Shown: piece after piece, positions 55,988-64,000 of the stretch
Position numbering within the stretch: position 1 is the first letter of the stretch
How the letters are laid out: every line of letters begins with the position of its first letter
Assembly: GCA_003522145.1 (NCBI GenBank)
Contig: DPGD01000048.1
Location: 3,927 to 67,926 of the forward strand
Direction: 5' to 3'
Origin: Clostridiales bacterium
GTDB taxonomy: Bacteria; Bacillota; Clostridia; Oscillospirales; CAG-272
Length of the DNA stretch: 64,000 nucleotides
The notes under the pieces: model-generated
The model's database searches: none
What the model saw: only the letters and a program-made list of their open reading frames with translations
Told to the model about the DNA's origin: nothing
Made by a program: the position numbers and the translations under genes

Positions 55988-56016
55988 TTGAAATCGGGAA
56001 AAAAGTGTGCTATAAT
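55988..56016 (+). promoter_or_regulatory. sigma-A type promoter of the T-box leader
   Basis: TTGAAA, 17 nt spacer, TATAAT. Confidence 0.6.
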
Positions 56017-56022
56017 CCCCCT

Positions 56023-56270
56023 GTATGAAACGCAGTGACGAAGAGTGCGTTCTGTGTTCTTCCCCCAAGAGAGTTTCCGTCGGCGGCTGGGAGCGGAGAC
56101 GGGGAAAAGAGAATGCTGTTCACTTCCGAGCGGAGCCGGGGAAGGGGGAATTCCTCTGTAGTCGGCTACGGACATCCCGTTACAGATGAAAGAGTGCCGC
56201 AGTTTTTGCGGAATTAAGGTGGTACCACGGAGAGATCCTTCGTCCTTTTTGAGGAGGAAGGATTTTTTTT
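56023..56270 (+). promoter_or_regulatory. T-box riboswitch leader, phenylalanine (UUC) specifier
   Basis: Stem I start GCAGUGACGAAGAG with an AGAGAG box. Specifier UUC at 56119-56121 is followed by A-CUUCCGAGCG, the same geometry as GGC-A-CUUCGAGCA in glyQS. T-box core AAUUAAGGUGGUACCACGG lies at 56212-56230. Terminator ATCCTTCGTCC/GGAGGAAGGAT plus T8 lies at 56235-56270. Confidence 0.85.
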
Positions 56271-56303
56271 GGACTTCAATTTTTCCTATGGAAAGGAACG
56301 GTC

Positions 56304-57236
56304 GTGACAATGAGAATTGTGCTGACGAAGAAAAAAGTTTGGGATGTAGTGAAGGAATATGCCGTCATCTCCTTTGGCATCCTGCTGGTTGCAATCGGGG
56401 TTTTTTTCTTCAAATTTCCCAATAATATTTCCACCGGCGGTGTGACGGGTCTGGCGGTGGTGCTGAACCAGATCTTTCCGGCAGTATCCGCATCCAATTT
56501 CGTGACCATTTTCAATACGGTTTTTTTGGTGATCGGGTTCCTGTTTCTGGGGAAGGAGTCGGGAATCAAAACGGTATACGGCTCCTTTCTGCTTTCCGGT
56601 TTTTTAGAGCTGTTTGACCTGATTTTCAAGTGGAGCAATGTGCCCAAAGATTTTTTACCTTTGACCGTGACCCCATCCAACCCGAACGGTGAACCGGTTC
56701 TGGAGCTTTTTTTCGCCGTGCTTTTTCCGGCGGTAGGTGCCGCAATTCTCTTTTATCACCACGCCTCTTCCGGCGGCACGGATATTGTGGCCATGATCAT
56801 TCACAAGTATACCAACATTGACAGCGGCAAGGGACTGCTGATTGCCGATGTGGTGCTGGTTTTGCTGACCTTTTACAACTTTGACCGGCACGAGATCGCA
56901 TGGACTACGGGACTTTTGTCGATGGCCGGATTGATCGCCAAATCCTTGGTGGTGGACGGGGTAATAGAGAGCATCAATCAGTCCAAGTATTTTCTTATCA
57001 TCACCACCCACAGGGAAGAGGTGGAAAAATATGTCATCGAAAAGCTGAAACGCAGCGCGACGAGCTGGAAATGCGAGGGTGCCTACTCCCACAGGGAGGA
57101 GTATGCCTTGGTTACGGTCATGACCCGGGTCCAGGGGTATCATTTGCGTCGCTATATCAAATCCATAGATCCGAAGTCCTTTGTCATCGTCACCAACAGC
57201 AGTGACATTCTGGGCAAGGGCTTCAGAGAAGTATAA
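56304..57236 (+). CDS. YitT family membrane protein (DUF2179 C-terminal domain)
   Basis: YitT-type TM core starting FGILLVAIGVFFFKFPNNISTGGVTGLAVVL. Soluble DUF2179-like C-terminus (IITTHREEVEKYVIEKLKRSATSWKCEGAYS...VTVMTRVQ). GTG 56304 or ATG 56310 follows GAAAGGAA. Confidence 0.8.
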   Translation: MTMRIVLTKKKVWDVVKEYAVISFGILLVAIGVFFFKFPNNISTGGVTGLAVVLNQIFPAVSASNFVTIFNTVFLVIGFLFLGKESGIKTVYGSFLLSGFLELFDLIFKWSNVPKDFLPLTVTPSNPNGEPVLELFFAVLFPAVGAAILFYHHASSGGTDIVAMIIHKYTNIDSGKGLLIADVVLVLLTFYNFDRHEIAWTTGLLSMAGLIAKSLVVDGVIESINQSKYFLIITTHREEVEKYVIEKLKRSATSWKCEGAYSHREEYALVTVMTRVQGYHLRRYIKSIDPKSFVIVTNSSDILGKGFREV

Positions 57237-57267
57237 GTGCGGTCAAAAGACACAGAGGAGGATGAAG

Positions 57268-58323
57268 ATGTTTGAAAAAATTTCTCGGTTGAAGGAAAAT
57301 TTTAAGGAGCAGTTGGAAAAGGCTCAGAGCGCCGGAGAGGTGGAAGAACTGCGGGTCTCCTTTTTGGGAAAAAGCGGCAGTGTGACAGGACTGCTGAAAA
57401 GCATGGGCGGACTTTCGCCGGAAGACCGGAAGACTGTGGGTCAGGCGGTCAACGAGCTGAAGGAGACGGTGGCCAAGGCTCTTGCCGACAAGCTGGAGGA
57501 CCTGCGCCGGGCAGAATTGGAGAGGGAGATCGAAGCTCTGCCCGAGTTTGATGTGGCGGTTCCTCTGAATCCGGAAAGCGGTTCCTTCCATCCGATTACG
57601 CTTGTTCAGCGCCAGTGCGAGACGATTTTCAGATCCATGGGCTTTACCGTGGAGGATTACAGCGAGATCGTGACCGACTACGAGTGCTTTGAATCGCTGA
57701 ACATTCCCAAATTCCACCCGGCAAGGGATATGCAGGATACCTACTATCTGGAGAACGGACAGTTGCTGAAGTCCCAGACCTCGGCGGCCCAAAACGCCAT
57801 TTACAGAAAATACAGGGATCGGCTCATCAAAGACGGAACGCCCATCAAGGCGATCTTCCCGGGCAGATGCTTCCGGAATGAATCCACCGACGCCTGCCAC
57901 GAGAACACCTTCTTCCAGATGGAGGGCGTAATGGTGGGCAAGGATATTTCCATTTCCAACCTGATCTTTTTCATGAAGACCATGCTCTCGGAGGTCTTCC
58001 GCAGAGACATCAAGGTGCGTCTGCGCCCCGGATTTTTCCCCTTTGTGGAGCCGGGCTTTGAATTGGACATCAACTGCCTCATTTGCGGCGGCACCGGATG
58101 CCCCTCCTGCAAGCACAGCGGGTGGCTGGAGCTGTGCCCCTGCGGCATGATCCATCCGAATGTGTTGAGGGAAGGCGGCATTGATCCCGATGTTTATACC
58201 GGGTTTGCCTTTGGTTTGGGTCTGACCCGGTTGGCAATGATGAAGTACGGTGTGAAGGACATCCGGGATCTGAACGGCGGAATGCTGTCCAATCTGGATC
58301 AGTTTACCGACGATCGGCTGTAA
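57268..58323 (+). CDS. pheS: phenylalanine--tRNA ligase alpha subunit
   Basis: HPARDMQDTYYL, FRNE, and the class II motif 3 region GFAFGLGLTRLAM. ATG lies 6 nt after GAGGAGG. Confidence 0.95.
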   Translation: MFEKISRLKENFKEQLEKAQSAGEVEELRVSFLGKSGSVTGLLKSMGGLSPEDRKTVGQAVNELKETVAKALADKLEDLRRAELEREIEALPEFDVAVPLNPESGSFHPITLVQRQCETIFRSMGFTVEDYSEIVTDYECFESLNIPKFHPARDMQDTYYLENGQLLKSQTSAAQNAIYRKYRDRLIKDGTPIKAIFPGRCFRNESTDACHENTFFQMEGVMVGKDISISNLIFFMKTMLSEVFRRDIKVRLRPGFFPFVEPGFELDINCLICGGTGCPSCKHSGWLELCPCGMIHPNVLREGGIDPDVYTGFAFGLGLTRLAMMKYGVKDIRDLNGGMLSNLDQFTDDRL

Positions 58324-58347
58324 GAAGGCGAAGGGAGGAAGACGAAG

Positions 58348-60711
58348 ATGTTTATTTCAATGAATTGGATCAAGGATTTTGTGGATTTAAGCGGATTGGA
58401 TACCGACCGTCTGATTCACCAGTTCTCGCTGTCCACGGCCGAAGTTGAGAATGAAATTTTCTATAAAGGCCGGGATCTTTCCGGTGTGGTAGTCGGTGAA
58501 ATTCTTTCGGTGGACCCCCATCCCGATTCCAAAAAACTGCATCTGTTGCAGGTGGATTGCGGAGAAAAGGAACCCAGTCAGGTGGTCTGCGGCGCTCCGA
58601 ATGTGCGGGCAGGCATGAAAACCGCATTTGCAAAGGTCGGAGCCAGATTGGGTGAGATCACCATTTCCCCAAGAAACCTGGCCGGATATACCTCCTACGG
58701 AATGTGCTGTTCCGAAAGGGAGCTGGGCATCAGCGACAATCATGAGGGCATTATGGATCTGCCGGCAGAGCTGGTGAACGGAACCGACCTGAAAACCGTC
58801 TATGACATTGACGATGTGATTTTCGAGGTGGACAACAAGTCCTTGACCAACCGTCCCGACCTTTGGGGACACTATGGCATTGCCAGAGAATTTGCAACTT
58901 TAGCCAACAGGCCTCTGAAGCCTTTGGAAACGGCGGATCTGGCGGTATACGACGGTCTGCCCAAGATCGATATGAAGATTGAAGACCCGCTGTGCCAGCG
59001 CTATTCCTGCCTGCGGTTTGAGAATATTTCCAAGAATGTCAGTCCGCTGAATATGCGGATACGGCTATACTATTGCGGAATGCGGGGCATCAACCTGCTG
59101 ACCGACCTGACCAACTATCTGATGCTGGAAATGGGTCAGCCCATGCACGCCTTTGACAGCCGGAAGGTGGAGAGCATTCGGATCAAGCGTTTTTCCGAAC
59201 CCTTTGTTTTTCAGACCTTGGATGGGGCACAGCGGAACATTGACGAAAACACCCTGATGATCTGCAATGGGGAAAAGCCTGTGGCCATTGCCGGAATTAT
59301 GGGTGGATTGGATTCGGAGATCGTGGAGGATACCCATTCTTTAGTGCTGGAATCCGCCACCTTTGACGCCGTTTCGGTGCGGAAATCCTCTGCCCGTCTG
59401 GCTCACCGGACCGACGCTTCCATGCGGTATGAAAAATCGCTGGACCCTGAAATGACCACCGTGGCCATTGCCCGGTTTGTGAAGCTCTTACAGGATATTG
59501 ACGGCGGGGTGAAGGTGACTTCTTCTCTGACCGATGAATATGCCTTCCACTACAAGCCGGTGGTGCTGAACTTTGACAAGGCCTTTGTGGATCGGTATAC
59601 CGGAATAGACATCCCGTCGGAGACGATCGGAAAAACGCTGAAGGCTCTGGGCTTTGGCGTGGAAACCTCGGAGGATGGGTTCACGGTTCGGGTGCCCTCC
59701 TACAGAGCGACCAAGGACATCACCATGAAGGCTGACATCATTGAGGAGATCACCAGAATCTACGGCTACGACAACTTTGCCGTGCACACGGCCAAAGCCC
59801 CGCTGTACCCGGTTCGCCCTTTTGAGGAAAAGGCGGCGGAGGACAAGATCAAGGATCTGCTGGTCAAGCGGTATTCCCTCCATGAGCTGCACTCCTATAT
59901 CTGGGCCTATTATGACGAGTGCCGGAAGCTGGGCATAGAGGTGGAGGACAACATCAAATTGGCCGGAGCCACAAACCCCAATATCGAAACGATCCGCCGC
60001 TCCATCATTCCCACGCAGCTGTGTCAGGTGCGGAACAATACCCAGTATGCCCCCTCTTTCGGAATCTTTGAGATCGGACGGGTGGTGGAAGGACTGAAGG
60101 AAAACGGCCTCTGCAACGAGAAAAAGAAGCTGGCCGTCACGCTGTTTGACAAATCGGGCGACACCGAAGAGCTTTATAGGAAGCTGATCTCCATGCTGAC
60201 CTTAATTCTTGGCGAGGTGAAGCATCAGAAGCTCCGTTTTGAAAAGGCCACAGCGGATCATGCCTATATTCACCCCAAAAACTACAACAAGGTTCTTTGC
60301 GGGGAGAAGGAATTGGGCGTTGTGGGAGTGGTGCATCCCACCGTTCAGAAAAAGATCGACAAAAGAGGCACGGTTGTTTTTGCAGAGCTGGACATGGAGG
60401 TGCTGTCGGGCTTGGAGGACAAGGGTATTCACTATGAGCGTACCTCCAGGTATCCTTCGGTGGAGGTGGACCTTTCCTTTGTGACCGATCGCTTTGATCC
60501 GATTGCAAAAGCAATTTCCGAAGCGGATTCGCCCCTGATCAAAAAGGTGGTTCTGGTGGATCGGTATGCCGACAACCAGGGCAATAAATCCATGGCCGTT
60601 CGTCTGACCTTCCTGCACGAGGAGCGGACGCTGACCAAGGAAGAAGTTATGGCGGTGGTGGATCAGATCGTGGCCGTAGCCGCCAAGGAGGGCGCTGCGC
60701 TCAAGCAGTAA
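58348..60711 (+). CDS. pheT: phenylalanine--tRNA ligase beta subunit
   Basis: 787 aa with tRNA-binding domain, B3/4, B5 and FDX-ACB domains. N-terminus is MFISMNWIKDFVD. Confidence 0.95.
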   Translation: MFISMNWIKDFVDLSGLDTDRLIHQFSLSTAEVENEIFYKGRDLSGVVVGEILSVDPHPDSKKLHLLQVDCGEKEPSQVVCGAPNVRAGMKTAFAKVGARLGEITISPRNLAGYTSYGMCCSERELGISDNHEGIMDLPAELVNGTDLKTVYDIDDVIFEVDNKSLTNRPDLWGHYGIAREFATLANRPLKPLETADLAVYDGLPKIDMKIEDPLCQRYSCLRFENISKNVSPLNMRIRLYYCGMRGINLLTDLTNYLMLEMGQPMHAFDSRKVESIRIKRFSEPFVFQTLDGAQRNIDENTLMICNGEKPVAIAGIMGGLDSEIVEDTHSLVLESATFDAVSVRKSSARLAHRTDASMRYEKSLDPEMTTVAIARFVKLLQDIDGGVKVTSSLTDEYAFHYKPVVLNFDKAFVDRYTGIDIPSETIGKTLKALGFGVETSEDGFTVRVPSYRATKDITMKADIIEEITRIYGYDNFAVHTAKAPLYPVRPFEEKAAEDKIKDLLVKRYSLHELHSYIWAYYDECRKLGIEVEDNIKLAGATNPNIETIRRSIIPTQLCQVRNNTQYAPSFGIFEIGRVVEGLKENGLCNEKKKLAVTLFDKSGDTEELYRKLISMLTLILGEVKHQKLRFEKATADHAYIHPKNYNKVLCGEKELGVVGVVHPTVQKKIDKRGTVVFAELDMEVLSGLEDKGIHYERTSRYPSVEVDLSFVTDRFDPIAKAISEADSPLIKKVVLVDRYADNQGNKSMAVRLTFLHEERTLTKEEVMAVVDQIVAVAAKEGAALKQ

Positions 60712-60837
60712 ACAGACTTGGAAAAATCTGCTGGCGCTCCAAGGGCGTGTCGGCAGGAGCGGTTTTCGAGAAGTGACCGCAGAGAAGGGCGTTCTTTTAA
60801 AGAATTCCTTAAAATCCAATCGGCCGTTCAACGGGTT

Positions 60838-60874
60838 CTGCCCGGAATCTTCATCGATTCCGGGCAGTTTTTTT
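60838..60874 (+). terminator. rho-independent terminator of the pheST operon
   Basis: Perfect 11-bp stem CTGCCCGGAAT/ATTCCGGGCAG followed by T7. It lies about 125 nt after the pheT stop. Confidence 0.8.
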
Positions 60875-61030
60875 GTGCATGGAAGAAAAGGGTATCGCTT
60901 GGTGCAAAGAGAAGGACGGTTCCCCCACAGATTCAGGTCAAGATTTTCGGATATGGCGTTTTGCAATTTCTCCGGTGGTCTTCAAGAAGGGAAGGACTCC
61001 GGAAAAAACGGATAAAAACCAAAGAACCGA

Positions 61031-61059
61031 TTGACACGGAGGAAAAAAGTGTGTAAAAT
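61031..61059 (+). promoter_or_regulatory. sigma-A type promoter
   Basis: TTGACA, 17 nt spacer, TAAAAT. Confidence 0.5.
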
Positions 61060-61082
61060 GAATGTAGAAGAGGGAAAGACAA

Positions 61083-61658
61083 ATGGTTTATTTCATTGCG
61101 GATACTCATTTTTACGATCGGAAATGCATACAGTACGACAACCGTCCCTTTGCCGGGGTGGAGGATATGAACGAGGCTCTGATCCGGAACTGGAACGGGG
61201 TGGTACAATCCGAGGATACGGTCTACATTGTGGGCGATTTTTCTTACGGCGTGGGGGCGGACATTGTGTCCACGGCTCAACGGTTAAAGGGGCATAAAAT
61301 TCTCATAAAAGGGAACCATGACAACGATGTGAACCTGAAATACGCTTTCGAGGAAATCTATGAATACAAAGAAGTGCCGCTTTCCAACGGCACGGTGATT
61401 CTTAGCCACTATCCCCTTTCTTCTTTTAAGGATATGCAGAAGGGGGGCACGGTGCATATTTACGGCCATGTGCACAATTCTTTTGAAGCGAAGATCTCCA
61501 ACGATGTGTATACCCGTCTGCGGGCATTGCCCGACCGGAATTATAATTTTGAAGCCTATAATGTGGGGTGTATGCAACCCTATATGGACTACACGCCCCG
61601 CACTCTTGCGGAATTGCGGGAGCGTACAAGGAAGTTTCCGCTGAAATTCGATCGGTAG
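61083..61658 (+). CDS. metallophosphoesterase family protein
   Basis: Calcineurin-like motifs: FIADTHF, VGDF, GNHD, GHVH. Confidence 0.8.
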   Translation: MVYFIADTHFYDRKCIQYDNRPFAGVEDMNEALIRNWNGVVQSEDTVYIVGDFSYGVGADIVSTAQRLKGHKILIKGNHDNDVNLKYAFEEIYEYKEVPLSNGTVILSHYPLSSFKDMQKGGTVHIYGHVHNSFEAKISNDVYTRLRALPDRNYNFEAYNVGCMQPYMDYTPRTLAELRERTRKFPLKFDR

Positions 61659-61697
61659 GTCGGTAGGAAAAAGAAGTTCTTGAAAGGAGTACAGGAT

Positions 61698-61913
61698 ATG
61701 ATTTTGGTTTTGCTGACGGTTCTGCTTGGGGGAATTGTGGTTCTTTTGCTGACCGGTGCGCTTTTGGCAACGCTTTTCTGGCTCTTTGTCAAGCTTCCCT
61801 TGGGCCTTCTGCTGTTTGCTCTGGGATTGGCGCTTTGCTGTACGCTGGTTCTTTGTCCTCTTGGATGGCGCCTGTTGAAGCGGGGCTTCCGGATGATTAT
61901 TCCGGGGCTTTAA
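61698..61913 (+). CDS. small hydrophobic membrane protein (hypothetical)
   Basis: 71 aa, almost entirely two hydrophobic helices. ATG 61698 lies 8 nt after GAAAGGAG. Confidence 0.4.
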   Translation: MILVLLTVLLGGIVVLLLTGALLATLFWLFVKLPLGLLLFALGLALCCTLVLCPLGWRLLKRGFRMIIPGL

Positions 61914-61944
61914 GCGCCGGGATCGGGCTTCGGAACCTTCTTCG

Positions 61945-61986
61945 CACAAAAGAAAAAGGGACGCCGGAGGTCAACTCCGGGCGTCC
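61945..61986 (-). terminator. hairpin overlapping the trxB stop, with T-rich tail on the minus strand
   Basis: GGACGCCGGAG/CTCCGGGCGTCC stem. On the minus strand it is followed by CTTTTTCTTTTG. Confidence 0.45.
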
Positions 61987-62876
61987 AGATACCGACAGGC
62001 GGCAAGAGCGGCGACGGCGCCGTCGCCGGTGGCGGTGGTGATTTGACGGATACCCTTGGTGCGGCAGTCGCCGGCTGCGAAAACACCGGGCGTTTGGGTC
62101 AGGCAGTCTTCCCCGGCTTGAATGTAGCCGTTTTGGAGGGATACCAGCTGTTCAAAGGGTTGGTTGTCGGGTGCCAGTCCGATGGCTACGAAAACTCCGT
62201 CGGAGAAAAGCTCGGCGGGCTGTCCGTTTATAGAGAGCGCCGTGGAAATTCGTTCCCCTTCCCGTCGGAAGGAAGAAACGGTGGCAGAATAGACAAATTC
62301 GACCCGGTCGTTCTGGAAAAGCGACTCCTGCAAGCTGCGTTCTCCGGTAAGGACGGCAAGATTTTGCACCACCGTGACCTTTTTACAGGTCTTGGCAAGG
62401 AGGACCGCCTCCTGCAATGCCGAATTTCCGCCGCCGATGACGAGCACCTCTTTATTTTCAAAAAAGGCTCCGTCGCAGACGGCACAGAAGGAAATGCCGG
62501 AGCCCACCAGCTCGGATTCGCCGGGCACGCCCAAAAGCCGGTGTTTGGCTCCTGTAGCGAGAATCAGCGTTCGTCCCTCGTAGTCGGCAAATTCGCCGTG
62601 CAACAGCTTATAGTCTCCTTTGTCCTCTGCGGAGAGTATGGTGTCGATTTCCACTTCGGCTCCCAGGTTTAGAGCCTGCTCAGCCATTTTGTCGGCCAAC
62701 TCCATGCCGGAAAGCACCGGATAGCCGGGATAGTTTTCAATTTTGGGGGAAAAGGTCATCTGTCCGCCAAGTCCTCCTTTTTCAAGGATCAGGACGCTTC
62801 TGCCGGCTCTTCTTGCATAGATAGCGGCGGTCAGCCCGGCGGGACCCGCCCCTACGATCAGTAAATCGTACATCAT
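61971..62876 (-). CDS. trxB: thioredoxin-disulfide reductase
   Basis: LLIVGAGPAGLTAAIY, redox-active CAVCDG, and GGGNSA. Confidence 0.92.
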   Translation of the reverse strand: MMYDLLIVGAGPAGLTAAIYARRAGRSVLILEKGGLGGQMTFSPKIENYPGYPVLSGMELADKMAEQALNLGAEVEIDTILSAEDKGDYKLLHGEFADYEGRTLILATGAKHRLLGVPGESELVGSGISFCAVCDGAFFENKEVLVIGGGNSALQEAVLLAKTCKKVTVVQNLAVLTGERSLQESLFQNDRVEFVYSATVSSFRREGERISTALSINGQPAELFSDGVFVAIGLAPDNQPFEQLVSLQNGYIQAGEDCLTQTPGVFAAGDCRTKGIRQITTATGDGAVAALAACRYLDARS

Positions 62877-62907
62877 CAGTTGTTCCTTTAGCGTTTTCTT
62901 GTTTTAT

Positions 62908-63048
62908 GGGGGCTGTAAAAACCCGTTTTTTACAGCCCTTCTAACATACCGGTCGGGATTCCGGCATAGTTGAGGCAATCTTGGTCGGTTGTGCCCACAA
63001 TGGGCAACCGTCGGAGGTGTAAAAACTCGGTCAGAGTTTTACACCTCC
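62908..63048. repeat. second three-hairpin composite repeat (modules X, Y-degenerate, Z)
   Basis: X: 62908-62938, GGGGGCTGTAAAAACCCGTTTTTTACAGCCC. Y-like: CCGGTCGGGATTCCGGCAT. Z: 63013-63048, GGAGGTGTAAAAACTCGGTCAGAGTTTTACACCTCC. Collinear with 47028-47170. Confidence 0.85.
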
Positions 63049-63058
63049 TGTTGTTTTT

Positions 63059-64000
63059 TCAGGCTTCCAGAATGTGAAAATAGTATGCCGGCAAAGCCGA
63101 CCAGCCGTGGCACAGACTTTCCACCGCCTTGGAATCCAGAATGGAATCCTCGTTTTCCCAGAAGGTGGTGGTGCCGGCGTCCAGCATTTTTTTGTATTTT
63201 GTTTTGATGTTTTCCAGGATGAAGTCCCGGTAGCCGGAATCGGTTTTCAGAAGTCCGTCATAGAGGAAGGTGGTCATGGAAAGGGAAACGGGGATCATGT
63301 CGGGATCCGTAAGAATGTTCTTTGCCAACTCCCGGTCACCAAGCCCTGCTAAGAGCGCCAAAGAGTTGCTGAGCTGGGAATATCGGTCGTGGAGGGTGTC
63401 GATCCTGTAAATGCCCTTGTCGGCAAGGAAAAAGTGTTCCTTGATGGCCTTCTTCATGCCCTCGGTTTCGGTATGCTCTCCGGTCATTTTGTCGTACATA
63501 TCCGCCACATAAATATACATACAGTTTAAGGACAGGTCATACTGCTTGGGGGTCTTGTCCTCTTTCGTGCGTCCGATCTGGGAAGCGTTGTGGGAAAGGT
63601 CTGTCCATTCGTAAAAATTCCAGAAGGGATATTCAAAGGAGGCGATGAGTCCGTTTTCTTCAATGCGGCTCCGGAAGGTTTTCATGATCGTATCCAGCGT
63701 TCCCCGGACGATGGGAAGAAGGCTTTGGTCCTTGGTGTAGGAAAGATACTCGTAGACCTGCATCACATAGACCAAAGAGAAGAAGGGAATCGGGTAGTCC
63801 ATACCTGCCGGGAAGCAGATGGACAAAAGACCATCCGGCCGCAGCCCCTTGGAGATCAATACCAGATTGGAGCGCTGGTAGGCGCTGCCCCTGAAGGCGA
63901 AATAACCGCAGAGCATCTGGTTGCGGCTGTCCATGGCGTAGAGGGCCTGCTCTCTGCCGGGGCAGTCCTCGTAGTGCTCATGCAAACAGCACCGCAGGGT
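63059..64000 (-). CDS. six-hairpin glycoside hydrolase, alpha-L-rhamnosidase-like (C-terminal part; gene continues past window end)
   Basis: The frame stays open to the window edge. EDCPGREQALYAMDSRNQ resembles the DCPxRE catalytic-domain motif of GH78-like enzymes. The family call is tentative. Confidence 0.5.
   Translation of the reverse strand, partial: TLRCCLHEHYEDCPGREQALYAMDSRNQMLCGYFAFRGSAYQRSNLVLISKGLRPDGLLSICFPAGMDYPIPFFSLVYVMQVYEYLSYTKDQSLLPIVRGTLDTIMKTFRSRIEENGLIASFEYPFWNFYEWTDLSHNASQIGRTKEDKTPKQYDLSLNCMYIYVADMYDKMTGEHTETEGMKKAIKEHFFLADKGIYRIDTLHDRYSQLSNSLALLAGLGDRELAKNILTDPDMIPVSLSMTTFLYDGLLKTDSGYRDFILENIKTKYKKMLDAGTTTFWENEDSILDSKAVESLCHGWSALPAYYFHILEA

Noticed and set aside
60718-61056. 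112-aa ORF after pheT
   Set aside because: It reads straight through a perfect rho-independent terminator (60838-60874) and into a promoter. It has no RBS and a basic low-complexity composition.

Overview
Moderately GC-rich chromosomal segment from a spore-forming Firmicute, probably Clostridia (sigK, spoIVB, spoIID and a SPOCS/DUF3794 protein are present). The content is almost entirely core housekeeping. Main blocks in order: rplI'-dnaB-tilS-hpt-ftsH; darA-ktrB-ktrA (K+ uptake plus a c-di-AMP receptor); a minus-strand string of LysR regulator, acyl-ACP thioesterase, GT2 glycosyltransferase, sortase B, aminotransferase, Lhr-like helicase, FkbM methyltransferase and aspartate kinase; a PnuC-like transporter; a complete pyrimidine operon, pyrC-carAB-pyrKD-pyrF-pyrE-pyrB; a small, visibly AT-richer decayed patch (ABC ATPase, truncated permease, truncated LysR); rRNA methyltransferase and Ppx/GppA; sigK-SPOCS-spoIVB; pepT; gap; ackA; mutY; htrA with a two-component system; spoIID; a Phe T-box leader ahead of yitT-pheS-pheT; trxB. 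I saw no rRNA, tRNA, CRISPR array, transposase, integrase, prophage or recognisable defence system, and I cannot point to a convincing new multi-gene system. The observations most worth a second look are: (1) a modular family of conserved hairpin repeats at five intergenic, gene-3' sites, two of them about 140-bp three-hairpin composites that align outside the stems; (2) a Phe-specific T-box whose first controlled gene is a YitT/DUF2179 membrane protein of unknown function, ahead of pheST; (3) a PyrB catalytic chain fused to only the zinc domain of PyrI; (4) darA directly upstream of ktrBA; (5) a deletion scar where two truncated genes abut. Many long antisense ORFs in the track look like GC-composition artefacts and were rejected. 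All coordinates, starts and motif matches were worked out by eye; no homology search was run.
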